Shown here piece by piece: positions 13,165 to 25,743 of a stretch of DNA of 64,000 bases. The position numbers and the translations under genes were made by a program. Source of the stretch: Octopus vulgaris (Eukaryota). Positions within the stretch are counted from its first letter, which is position 1. The number at the start of each line of letters is the position of its first letter. Below the pieces are notes generated by a model that had not been told where the DNA came from, did not search any database, and saw only the letters and a program-made list of their open reading frames with translations. The stretch is taken from positions 61,194,001 to 61,258,000 of the forward strand of contig OX597820.1 in the NCBI GenBank assembly GCA_951406725.2. The letters run 5' to 3'.

Positions 13165-14393
13165 CTGAAAATATATTAATATAATATAATATAAAATAAT
13201 ATAATATAATATAATATAATATTGTATAATATAATATAAAGCAAAGAGCATTGAAATTCCTTGCTATTCTTAAAGTAATTTTAACTGTTTATATACACAA
13301 AAACCCATAATTATGAAATGAGATTGCTTGGCTTGTAATTATGAAAACTGAACAAAATCAGTTATTTGTTAATTGACACATCTCATCAAATCTTTTGATT
13401 TTGCCAATAAAGGTAATAAGGTTGGGAGATTGTAGTTTCATCTTAGACCGAGCGGTGTGTCGTGTTCTGGTGTAAAACACTTACTTCATCTCACGTTGCT
13501 CTACGATCATTTCGACACATGACGTGTAGTACACCGTGTACCTGTCCAAGCAACATCGATTTGATGGATAGAATGAGATCAAATAGAATGCATACATGTG
13601 ATTGCTTTAAACAAAATCATTTGAGTAGATTGTTCAGTTAAAAATTGCAGCATCCTCTCTCTCGGACCACGAGAGACAACATCGTAATTATTATTATTAA
13701 GGCGGTGAAAAGCGGCGAGCTGGCCGAATCGTTAACGCGCTGAACAAAATGCTTGGTGGTATTTCGCCTGCCGTTACATTCTAAGTTCAAATTCCGCCGA
13801 GGTCGACTTTGCCTTTCCTCCTTTCGGGATCGATAAATTAAGTACCAGTTGCGTACTAGGGTCGATCTAATCGACTGGCCTCCTCCCCAAACATTCCAGG
13901 CCTTGTGCCTATAGCAGAAAAGTTTATTAAAGCGCTGAGCTAGCAGAATCGTTAGCACGTCGGACAGATTGCTTAGCGGCATTTCAACCGGCTTTTGACG
14001 TTCTGAGCACAATATCAACTTTGCCTTTCATCCTTTCGGGTTCGATAAAATAATGTACAAGTTGAGATCGATATAATCGACTTACACCCTGCCCTGAAAA
14101 TACTGTCTTCTGCCAAAATTTAAAACAATTATTGCTATATTTGCAAGTGAAAGATGTCGCTTCGGGACGAATTTTGCTGCTTCGAAGAAAATAATTTTAG
14201 TTTTTGTGGTATTATTTTGTTATTTAAGCAACGAGCATCTTCAGAGGTTAGTCGGCTTTGTGAAATTTTCACCACATCGGAGTGAATTCTGAACTTTTTG
14301 ACAGCGAATTTAAAAACCTAAAAAGATATGGATTTGCAGATCAAGGGGACACTTAGCTGTCCCGATAGCCAATACATTATTAATTTTCCAGTA

Positions 14394-14915
14394 CCGTAAA
14401 TCCTCGAGTATAGTCCGCCTTTGAGTATAATACGCAGGGGATTTTTAGGGGGCTGTACCTCTGAAAAACCTAAACCTTGTGTATAATACGCACCCCTTCT
14501 CTAACTTGAGTTGTGCGTAATTAAGCCAGCAGCACCTAGTCGAACAAACACTTCCGCACATGCGTAATACAATAATGGTGATGTTCTTAACTGTTATATG
14601 GGAATGTAAATATGTTTACAAATTGTTTTTGCTACATATTATTCTGTGTTCTGAATACTTTTATTTTAATAAATGTTGCTTACTGCAAGTTATGGATGAT
14701 TCTTTCAAGACTTCGTTGCTTTCAGGCTTAGCTTAATGTATTTTCGCGCCCGACATCACAAAATGCGTCTGAATAAACATTGCCGGACAGCAAATAGAGA
14801 TTCGGACATTGCTTAGAAAATATTTTTCATTTTTAACCTCGTATATAGTACGCACTAGGGATTTTGACCGTTAAATTTTGGGGAAAAAATGCGGATTATA
14901 CTCGAGGATTTACGG
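14394..14915. mobile_element. Pogo/Tigger-type MITE with TA TSD
   Basis: 25-bp TIR CCGTAAATCCTCGAGTATAGTCCGC / GCGGATTATACTCGAGGATTTACGG (1 mismatch), TA on both sides. Degraded relatives at about 3800-3997 and 4410-4520. Confidence 0.9.
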
Positions 14916-15099
14916 TATTACCAGTTAACAGAGAATGTATGAACAACAATAGCAATGACAACAACAACAACAACCAGAATGGAAAAATAGAAAGAATTGT
15001 CGATTCTACACATCTGCAAATTCCACCATCACTATTAACACCAACATAAAAATTAGAGCGCGACGATTAACCCTCTAACGTCGGTGGATTTTCCGCCCG

Positions 15100-16000
15100 T
15101 AGTGTGTAGAAGTTATACAGTTATCGACGACTGGAGATTTTGAAAATGCCAAAAGCTTCATTACGAGGTTTGATTGTAATAGGGAATTAAAGATACAACA
15201 ATCCGTCCGACAAGAAACAAAAGCAAATAGCTGTAACTTATAAATCCTCGAGAATAAAAGTAGGGTGACAGAGCAAGCAATAAGGTAGTAAATAGAAAAG
15301 TACCTCAGACCAATATGGGGCACAAAACCTGCATTGCTAGTGAGAAAAATATGGCACGGTAGAGGTCAGATTTCCGATAGGAGATGGGGCCAGGAAACAC
15401 TCCAGAGCAACGCTAAAGAGTGAGGAACTGATCCTCATTCCAATTTACCTGGGCCGTCGTGTAGTAGGAGTAAAGATAGTTGATGTGGTCCCAGAAGTAA
15501 ACGTCTGCGGGTTGGTGGTAGTAGTCCTCTTCGATATAGCGGACAAAACTAATATTCTGCAAGTCTATAGGCTGCAGAAACAAAATTGGTTAAGTCAAGG
15601 GATGGATATATTTATTCAAACGGATCAAGAAACTCATACAATTTATCCCGAATCTGATCAATCTGCCAGACGGCAGAAAATGTACATGGTCGTCAAGAAT
15701 AGAAAGCTACACACTACCGCAAGGCTTTCTTTCCACAGCAAAGGTGAGATGTGGAGACATACACCATTGATGGTCTCGCCTGAGCTTTGAGGAAAGCCAA
15801 TAATCGTTAAGGGGCTGAAGTATTTACTGACACGGAAGAGAAAGGCAAGTCTTTAAGATGCAGTCTTAGCTACAAAAATGGCGTTCATTTGCCATGAAAG
15901 ATTCCTATTGTTAAGAAAAGCGGAGTTTTTAGGTGATCGCTGAGACTCTAATTGCGCGCTGCTCATGTCCAGAGGGGATGAGGTACGATAATGTTTTCTA
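15100..16000 (-). mobile_element. Possible very old LINE RT remnant
   Basis: Only faint motif echoes (SVALECFLAP resembling GVPQGSVLAP), many stops. Confidence 0.3.
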
Positions 16001-16864
16001 TATGAGCAGTACTTCTGTTTTAACTGAGTTGATTCGAGCAACGTGTGCTTGCATTACTAAAGTTAAGCAAAATAGAGCAAATGTTGAGCAAAAGAGAATG
16101 ACGGTAGAAGCAGAAAAGTTATCACTAAAATTGTAAACAACTAAACTTGATATGTGTATTAAAGAAAAATTCTACTATTTTAAATTCTATGGAAAAATAT
16201 CTTCTACATGTATCATATACCCTATTAATCTTATAAATTATTCAATAATTAATCTCAATATAAAGATTAGTTTACTCCAAAAGTAATGTTTACTTACAAA
16301 AATAAAGACGCCACGGTAAAGACTTTCCCCAAAAAACTAATATTGGCTGAGATCTGGAAGTATGCAGTGAGTACGGATATATTGGTTTCATCTGATGTCG
16401 CAGAGGATATTCTGGAAATAATAGTAATAAGAATAAATGCGAATAAATATTTCACGGTCATTACAAGCATTTAATAGATAAAATTGTTTTTATAATTTAT
16501 TGTTGACAACTTATTACAGTAATTCCTTGACTATCGCGAGTGTTACGCTCCAAAAAAAAACCGTGATAGGCGAAAATCCGCGAAGTAGAAACAGTAATGT
16601 ACTGGATATATATATATATATTTTTACTATCTTCATAATATGTATCCATTTAGTTTATTATAAATGCAAAATAACACTACAGAGGAATCGACGTAAGCTT
16701 GCGCAGGAGTGGCTGTGTGGTAAGTAGCTTGCTTACGACCCACATGATTCCGGGTTCAGTCCTACAACGTGGCACCTTGGACAAGTGTCTTCTACTATAG
16801 ACTCGGGCCGACCAAAGCCTTGTGAGTGGATTTGGTAGACGGAAACTGAAAGAAGCTCGTCGTA

Positions 16865-16956
<92 letters not shown>

Positions 16957-17647
16957 GTGTATCTGTGTTTGTCCTCCCAACATCGCTTGTCAACCGATGC
17001 TTGTCAATCGGCAAAAGAGACCGATAGAATAAGTACTAGGCTTACAAAGAATAAGTCCTGGGGTCGATTTGATTCGACTACAGGCGGTGCTCCAGCATGG
17101 CCGCAGTCAAATGACTGAAACAAGTAAAATAGTAACAGAGTTAGATGAACCGCGATATAGCGACGGATTACTGTATAATTGTATTTTTTAATTGGAAAAC
17201 TGTTATCATTAACCTCTTGCTATTTATTCCTAGGCAACAAAGATTGAACAAAACTACGATCGAAAGTTTTCCATCCATGACTTTCCAGTATTTTGGGGAT
17301 GATTTTTTTTCGGATTACGTTATTCAGCGAACCCTTCCTTGTTTAAGACATCTTACCATGAATTTCTTGATGCTGGTGTCATTGTCTAGCTCTGAACGAG
17401 CATACCCATGTTCAATAATACTCCAACCACTATAGCTGAACCGCTAAACTATGGGGACGTTGGTTTGTTTTCGTCCCCATAACTTAGCGGTTCGGCTAAA
17501 TTAATCGATAGAATAAATACAGAAATTAAAGTTAAATACTAGGGTCAGTTTATTCGACTAAACACTACAAGCTGTGCTCCAGCAAGGCCGCAGTCGAATA
17601 ACTGAAACAAGTAAAAGATAAAAAAATAATAGACTAAAAATTCTTAC

Positions 17648-17845
17648 TTTTACAATAGCGCTGTCCTGGTGAATCCCACTTGACTATCGTCTTGAACAAA
17701 TAGTGTATCGTTCGGCATTTCATCTGAGATGGACCAACAAGGTAATAGTTGCGTCTGCATCTTATGTAGACCGTCGATCCTGAGTTGTAATTTTTGCCGA
17801 GAATATAGCCATTGTCAGGAATCAGCGGTTTTGGACATAGGTGAT
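17648..17845 (-). CDS. Internal exon encoding one sushi/CCP/SCR domain
   Basis: Translation HLCPKPLIPDNGYILGKNYNSGSTVYIRCRRNYYLVGPSQMKCRTIHYLFKTIVKWDSPGQRYCK fits the CCP pattern (C-P-x-P..NG, G..V...C..Y.L.G...C, W, C). Acceptor ttttcattcatttattggcag| and donor A|gtaaga. 198 nt, symmetric phase 1-1, typical of CCP modules. Confidence 0.88.
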
Positions 17846-18052
17846 CTGCCAATAAATGAATGAAAAATGTGCTTAAAATATAGATATAGCAGGAGTGGCT
17901 GTGTGGTAAGTAGCTTTCTTACCAACCACAAGGTATGGTTCCGGGTTCAGTCCCACTGCGAGGCACCTTGGGCAAGTGTCTTCTACAATAGCTTCGGGTC
18001 AACCAAAGCCTTGTGAGTGGATTTGGTAGACGGAAACTGAAAGAAGCCCGTC

Positions 18053-18102
<50 letters not shown>

Positions 18103-18489
18103 AGTGTCTGTGTTTGTCCCCCAACATCGCTTGACAACCGATGCTGGTGTATTTACTTCCCTGTAACTTAGCATTTCAACAAAAGAAACCGATAGAATAA
18201 GTACTAGGCTTACAAAGAATAAGTTCTGGGGTCGATTGGCACGAGCATGGCCGCAGTCAAATGACTGAAACAAATAAAAGAAAAGAATAATACATACATA
18301 TGTATATATGTACGTATGTGTGTGTGCGTGCGTACGTGCGTACATACATACATGCATGCATACATACATACATACATACATACATACATACATACATACA
18401 TACATACATACATACATACATACATACTACGTGTGTGTGCGTGCGTGCATACATACATACATACATACATACATACATACATACATACA

Positions 18490-18520
<31 letters not shown>

Positions 18521-18529
18521 GTATGATCG

Positions 18530-18728
18530 AAACACCCCCAAAACAGCTGGGCTCTCTCACCTCAGAGAAGACTAGGATGGAAAGCACTCAGCATACAAAA
18601 AAAAACATGAATGGGTATGTTACCCGGAATCTTGAAGAAGACAATAGAATTGACATGAAGTGCAGCCTCTCTTGGGCACTAGATCACTACATCACATCAC
18701 ACTTTGAGGGCAATGCGTTTTGCAAATA
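18530..18728 (+). mobile_element. Short fragment of the same R4/Dong-like family
   Basis: Directly alignable to 56038-56230 (aaacagctgggctctct..cctcagagaagac..gatggaaagcactcagcatacaaaa). Preceded by (TACA)n. Confidence 0.85.
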
Positions 18729-18732
18729 CAGA

Positions 18733-19230
18733 TATGAACTGCAAAAGCAGAAATTTGATCTACTGCATTAAATGCCCGAATTGCGATGAATTATATACAG
18801 GCGAGACAGAGAATGCATTATCGGGAACAGGCAACAAATTCCACTGATAGAAAGTGTTTCTAATTTTTCCTTTCCACAAACTATATGATATAAAAGAGGT
18901 TGGGAGAACGATAAAAAAAATGGTTTATTAAAACGTTCAAACCTGTTCTGAACGGAAATAACAACAATAATATAACAACCAGTTAATGATGTGGATTAAA
19001 AAAATATCTCTAGCATATAGATATAAACAAATTACAGAATATCGGTACGCCTGGCAAACCGTGTCGTTTAAGCTGCATGCGGATTGGTCAAAACCGTATT
19101 CTAAAAATTCAGCGTTCTAAGAGGTGCTAAAGTTGTCAAAAATTCAACTGTCAGTTAAACAAATTTGAAATCTGATGATTACTCTATGTATGAAAGCGCT
19201 AATTTAACCTTATGTACCTTACAATATATC
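18733..19230 (+). mobile_element. Penelope-like element 3' remnant (GIY-YIG endonuclease plus pseudo-LTR)
   Basis: MNCKSRNLIYCIKCPNCDELYTGETENAL ... WFIKTFKPVLN is a PLE GIY-YIG signature. A downstream hammerhead motif lies at 19168-19205. Confidence 0.85.
19168..19205 (+). ncRNA. Minimal type I hammerhead ribozyme
   Basis: AAAT-CTGATGA-ttactctatgtat-GAAA-gcgc-TA-ATTT: stem I AAAT/ATTT, stem II TAC/GTA, palindromic stem III AGCGCT. Confidence 0.75.
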
Positions 19231-19240
19231 TATCTATCTA

Positions 19241-19280
<40 letters not shown>

Positions 19281-19605
19281 TGTCAATATACCATAATAAA
19301 AACGTGAAAACCAGGCCATTTTTTATTTTATTCAACTGATATATTAATCTATGCACATCCACACAAATTCGAAACAAATATATATATAAGTTACGATATA
19401 TGGATTCAAGTAATGCGATAGTATTCATAAAAAAGCTCCTTGGTTTGTTATAGCATAAACCACATAGCGTATATAATAATATACATGAGAAAAGAATAAG
19501 GAGAATATAAAGACATAAATGATGTAGAAAAATGATGAATTTTTTTTAACAATAAAAATTGAAAAGTCGAGAAGGTATATTAAAATCGAAGTGCATTTAT
19601 CAAAT

Positions 19606-19739
19606 TCACCTGATGAAGTAGTCCAAATTCTGCATTATCTTCAGTGAACTTTTCTTATTTCGAATTAATACAGACATTTATTATTCAATACTATAAGCTT
19701 TTTACATGTTTTGAGACTACTGAAACCAATTTGTAGTGA
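19606..19739 (+). ncRNA. Type I hammerhead ribozyme with ~90-nt loop II
   Basis: TCAC-CTGATGA-AGTAGTC..(91 nt)..GACTACT-GAAAC-caattt-GTA-GTGA: perfect 7-bp stem II, 4+ bp stem I, GUA cleavage triplet. Confidence 0.7.
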
Positions 19740-19853
19740 TTTTTCTATGTTTATACATACATAGGGAGAGTTTACGAAAAAAACAAAAGACGAAGACAGG
19801 TGGTGTACAAAACAAACAGGTGTATTAGTATAACGCTCAGGAATAGAAAAAGT

Positions 19854-19889
19854 CTTTTACGTTTCGACCCTACGCTCTTCTACAGAAAG
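19854..19889 (-). ncRNA. Variant minimal hammerhead motif in a related repeat (about 19760-19950)
   Basis: Minus strand CTTT-CTGTAGA-agagcgtagggtc-GAAA-cg-TA-AAAG. Flanks resemble the 2660-2880 copy. The core deviates from CUGANGA. Confidence 0.5.
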
Positions 19890-19950
19890 GGACACAGAAA
19901 AAAACAAGGAGAGAAAAAAAAGTGTGTAGTGGCTAACGATCTATCATGGC

Positions 19951-20031
<81 letters not shown>

Positions 20032-20190
20032 TTATGAGAGATAATGGTGTCAATAAGACCCAAAGGTGTCAGGTAATACTAAGTAAGTGCTATGGACAGA
20101 CTATAGTTAAGCTCCAGGTTCGGTGGTTATGCGAATGAGGAGTCCAACGTAGGTCATATATCAGCATGTGTATATATATATATAAAAAAA

Positions 20191-20621
20191 TTTCAGAATG
20201 AGATAAAAATCCAAGGCTGTGAAAGATTTCAGAACATTTATAAATAGAAGGTCTTACAGCTGTTTCCGGGATATCTTATTGAATCGCTTCAATAAAACCG
20301 TTTACAAACTCTATGCTTGGAATAACCAATTTTAAATACTATTGGAAATGTATCACAAGGTACAAGAATCTTATATATATATATACCATTCTGCATAAAT
20401 AATGGAATTACAGATACAATATCCCTGCATATCTCACGTCTATTTTCATTCCTCCACTTCGCTCTCAATTTCGTATCTTATCTAAATTAACTATTGCTTA
20501 ACCACTGTCTCACACCATCTCCGATGAAGGGGTATATAAGATATCCCGGAAACAGCTGTAAGACCTATTTATAAATTTTCTGAAATTTTTCACAGCCTAT
20601 GATCTTTATCTCATTCTGAAA
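20191..20621. mobile_element. Penelope-like insertion with ~90-bp inverted arms and hammerhead motif (20518-20563, +)
   Basis: Arms about 20191-20280 and 20537-20621 are reverse complements. TCT-CCGATGA-a-GGGGTAT..ATATCCC-g-GAAA-cagctg-TA-AGA. Confidence 0.7.
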
Positions 20622-20629
20622 ATATATAT

Positions 20630-21362
20630 TGATTGATTGATTGATTCTAGTTTCATCTCATGAGCTGTGGCCATGCTGGGGCACCGCCATTTGGTGTTGC
20701 TACATGGTTTTACTTCACGAAAGCTTTTTAGCAACTGCCATTTGGTGCATGAGAGAGTTCGATGCAGCTGCCCTCATCTGCACCTCCTGCCGTGAAGTTG
20801 GTTCATCTGGGATACCTGACAGGAAGAGATCCAGTTTCATTTTAAAGACATCTGCATCCACCCCATGCAGGTCTCTTAGGTTCTTCGGGAGGATATTGAA
20901 GAGCTGTGGGCCTCGGAAGCCCAGGCTATCACAGTATCTTGTCCTACATCCTGATAGCAAATTTGGAGTCCTAGGCACCACGCAGTGGCGCCCAGTTCTG
21001 GCATTTATGTAACTCTCGATGCCAAAGTTTGGGACAAGTCCCTCCAGGATCTTCCAGATGTATATTATGGCATATCTTTCCCGCCTTCGCTCCAAGGAAT
21101 ATAGTTTTAATCTCTTGAGTCTTTCCCAGTAGCTTATATTCTGCATAGAGGCTATCTTCTTCGTGTAGCTACGTTGGATCGCCTCAAGTTCTGTGATCAA
21201 CTTGACACTGGATGGTGACCATAACTGAGAGCAATAGTCAAAGTGGCTTAGGACAAGTGTCCTCCAGAGGACCATCATGGTTTCTTGTTCTCTTGTTCTG
21301 AAGGTTCTGAGAATCCATTCGGCCAGTCGTCTACATTCCATTGCCAATTTAGCAACATGTAC
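20630..21362 (-). mobile_element. CR1/L2-group LINE 3' fragment (end of ORF2 plus 3' UTR and (ATCA)n tail)
   Basis: 210-aa ORF with LWRTLVLSHFDYCSQLWSP, LEAIQR, YWERLKRLKLYSLERRRER, GPQLFNILP, FKMKLDLFL. Confidence 0.92.
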
Positions 21363-21722
21363 ACGAATATATATATATATATATATATGTTATTTGAATA
21401 TTAGTATATAGATAGTTCGGGAAAATCCATATCTTAGACATACCGTTACACATGTTTTGTAAAGAAGTTTAGGAACATGTTTATTACTATATTGATAATA
21501 AATAGATTTTCTATCTCCACGACAAACACTTGCTTTAAGACGCATGCGTTAAATCGTGAGGCAAATTTTGAGAGAGAAAATCAAGCAAACGCTAAAGGCA
21601 CGTGCATGCATACTTATACACACACACAATCGAACGCTACTAGCGTACGCACATATACACTTGCCTTCCATGCTCACACGCAAATACACATACGCAGCTA
21701 ATTGTCTTCTGTGCGTATGTAC

Positions 21723-21770
<48 letters not shown>

Positions 21771-21823
21771 GCACGTATGTGTAAGAGTGTGCATGAGTAC
21801 ACGTACCGATAGCGTTCGTTTGA

Positions 21824-21881
<58 letters not shown>

Positions 21882-21882
21882 G

Positions 21883-21930
<48 letters not shown>

Positions 21931-22035
21931 CCCTACCTACGCGCACATTTTTATCACGGTGTGACAGATTTTTTACACCACAGGAATCTATATAGCGCTT
22001 TGATATAATAAACACAGTATAAAAATGTGTGTGTT

Positions 22036-22106
<71 letters not shown>

Positions 22107-22240
22107 GTATGCGCTTTTTTTTCTTAAGTTTTTAAGTTTCAAAATACTTTCTGCATCGTACATCACAGTCATACGGCTTTTTAGTCTTGCCGTGCCGGAT
22201 ATAGGTACAGTATACATGCAAGCAAACACTCACGCACGCA

Positions 22241-22306
<66 letters not shown>

Positions 22307-22407
22307 TACATGCCTACATGCTTGCATGTATAAGTATGTATGTTTACGATAATGATTGCGTGTGTATATGAATATATGTATATATGAATGTGTAAATTTA
22401 TATATAA

Positions 22408-22483
<76 letters not shown>

Positions 22484-22783
22484 CTATTTAAAATGTAAAT
22501 TGCACAACAAGTGACCTTATTTAGAACTTCATGTGTATTCCCGTATGTCAGAACGGAAACTGGGAAGAGGACTTGTCTTACAGTCCACGTATCATTTGGT
22601 TGGAATCCGCAGTTGATTATGTCACTGAGTACAAAACGGAAAACAAAACAGGAGAGATTGTTTATAATATATTATATTACACCATCTATATTTACATGCA
22701 CTTATATGGAAATATATCTGTGTATGTTTGTGTGTGTATAAGTATATGTACGTATGCGTGTACATCTGTATGTTGTATATGTG

Positions 22784-22871
<88 letters not shown>

Positions 22872-23175
22872 AACACATATATATATCTATAAATATATAT
22901 GTTGTATATATGTATATATATATATATGTGTGGGGGGGTGTGTGTGTGTGTGCATATGTTTGTGTGTCTGTGTTTGTCCCCCCAACATCGCTTGACAACC
23001 GATGCGGGTGTGTTTACGTCCCCGTAACTTAGCGGTTCGGCAAAAGAGACCGATAGAATAAGTACTAGGCTTACAAAGAATAAGCCCTGGGGTCGATTTG
23101 CTCAACTAAAAGGCGGTGCTCTAGCATGATCACAGTCAAATGACTGAAACAAGTAAAAGGGAGTAAAGACTAAAG

Positions 23176-23220
<45 letters not shown>

Positions 23221-23227
23221 CCAATAC

Positions 23228-24575
23228 TGGATCATCCCATAAATAATTATATCTACTCTAGGCACAAGGCCTTGAAAATTTGGGGGGGTAGGGGGATAGT
23301 CGATTACATTGAACCCAGTGCATAACTGGTACTTATTTCATCGACCCTCCGAAAGAATGAAAGGCAAAGTTGACCTCGGTGTCACCCAATAAATAATGCG
23401 GTTTTTTCAATTGCATGAACAAAACGTCGGAGGGGGACAAGAGAAACTACCTGCATCAAATTACTTTAAAAGCAGGTAGTAATTTTACCTTGTGCTTATT
23501 CTTTGTACAAGTTTTGAAGAGAGTAGATCGAGTTTAAGTTATTTTTTTCAAAGCTATAATAGAAGCGACAAAGGAGCTTATTCGGCATATTCTATTTTAT
23601 GAGTTCAATAAAGGCAACAGAAGAACGGAAAGTGCGAGGAACATTAATGCAGTATTTGGGGATCGGACAATAAGCGTAAGTCAGTGTCAACGGTGGTTCC
23701 AGAAATTCCTAGCCGGAAACTACAGCCTAGAAGACGAGCCTCGTCTTGGAAGATCTGTATAGCTTGACGAGGGTGTCCTGCAAATCCCGATGGAACAAAA
23801 TCCCATCGCATCTGTTGAGGAACTAGCAGAAAAGCTTAGAATTGGACATTCAACTATTCATCAACACCTGCATGCCATCGGAAAAGTCAGCAAATTGGAT
23901 CAATGGGTTCTTCACAAACTATCCGAGTCTAATCGAGCACGGAGAGTGAATGCGTGCCCTTCTTTGTTGTCATGTTTCATGAATGCACCTTTTTTTTTAA
24001 CCGAATAGTAACTGGTGGCAAGAAATGGGTTCTCTATAAAAATGTCAAGTGCTGAAGACAGTGAGTTGGAAAAGGAGAAATACCGGTACCCCAGGCTAAA
24101 GAAGGTCTTCACCCATGTAAGGTGTTGTTATCTATTTGGTGGGTTATGAAAGATTTAGTCCACTTTGAACTTTCAAAATCAAACCAAACGATAACAAAGG
24201 AGATCTACAGCGAGCAGCTTAAGTCAGCGCTAGAAGAAAATCGACCATCTTTGGTTTTAAGATGAAAGGTGTTCTTCCATCAGGATAATGCTCGGCCACA
24301 TACAGAGAGGATGATAGTCCAAAGGCTGGAGCAGTTTGAATGGGAAACGATGCCCCACCCACCATATTCGCCGGACATTGCCCCATCTGACTATCATTTA
24401 TTCCGCAGTCTTCAAAATCATTTGGACAGAAAAAAATATGAATTCTGTACACGAAGTCAGAACAGAATTTTTCGATTGGAAGAGGGGCTTTACAAGTCTA
24501 CCAGATAGATGGAAGAGCATTGTAGAAAATGAAGGAGAATATATTTTAGATTTAAAAAGAACTGTATCTTAATTT
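23228..24575 (+). mobile_element. Mariner DNA transposon, defective
   Basis: Transposase motifs WVLHKL (WVPHEL-like), FHQDNARPH, PHPPYSPDIAPSDYHLF, with stops and frameshifts. Left end interrupted by a SINE (23250-23380) with ATAAATAAT on both sides. Right TIR not seen. Confidence 0.9.
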
Positions 24576-25020
24576 TGAAATATATATATATATATATATA
24601 TACGCAGGTGTTTGAGATGAATAATTGGATTTGCCTCGTATATAAGAGTATGTATATATATATGTGGGGGGGTGTATTTGTATACATACGAATGTATTTG
24701 TATGAGTATTTATATGTATTTATATTTATGTACTTCTGGTATATTCTACTAATGACGGTCGAATAATTTGTATTACTAAACCAGAAATCAGACGATCTTA
24801 GAATTAACCCCAAAATTTTACTAAATTCGTTTTATCCATTTGCCCGCTTTCAGCCTTGTGCTAATGGAGTATAATTTGAAGTTGTCTTTTAGAGTTTTTT
24901 GACGTCTATTTCTGGCGTGTAGGTGCTGTTTCTCAATGCCCTTAATTGTATTTATATTTACATAATTATCGGTGACAATGATTTTGTTATACGGTGCCGA
25001 GTTTTATAATCTTGCAAATA

Positions 25021-25237
25021 ATAATAATGATATTTATATAAGTTTAAAGCTTATAGCGATCACCGTGCAATGACTAAAGAAAATAGTCTAATAAAGGGGC
25101 ATATAAGCCCTCGACAGAAAAAAAGTAGCCTACTTTTTCTCTCGATTTGCTTATATGCCCCATTATTAGACTATTTTCTTTAGTCATTGCACGGTGATCG
25201 CTATAAGCTTTAAGCTTATATAAATAACATTATTATT
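25021..25237. repeat. Near-perfect ~88-bp inverted repeat with ~40-nt spacer
   Basis: ...gcttatagcgatcaccgtgcaatgactaaagaaaatagtctaat.. and ..attagactattttctttagtcattgcacggtgatcgctataagc... Confidence 0.85.
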
Positions 25238-25334
25238 ATATAATTATATATTTATATTAATGCTTACCTATATGTTTTTTTTTACATGCTGGCCACTGAT
25301 AAGATTATTAATTGATTTTACCCTTAATTTTGTA

Positions 25335-25367
<33 letters not shown>

Positions 25368-25368
25368 A

Positions 25369-25412
<44 letters not shown>

Positions 25413-25664
25413 CATATATTGTTTTATTTTTTACTTGTTTCAGTCATTTGACCGCGGCCATGCTGGAGCACCGCCTTTAGTCGAACAAATCGATCCCATG
25501 ACTTATCCTTTGTAAACTTAGTACTTAGTCTGTCGATCTCTTTTGCCGAACCGCGAATTTACGGGGACGTAAACAAACCAACATATGTTGTCAATTGATG
25601 GAGGGGGGCAAACATAGACACACACACACACTAATATATACAATATATACATACATACACATAT

Positions 25665-25743
<79 letters not shown>

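Noticed and set aside
22531-22660. Plus-strand [12 protein letters not shown] resembling part of a sushi domain
   Set aside because: The other Cys and Pro positions are missing, it is on the strand opposite the real sushi exon, and it has no good donor.
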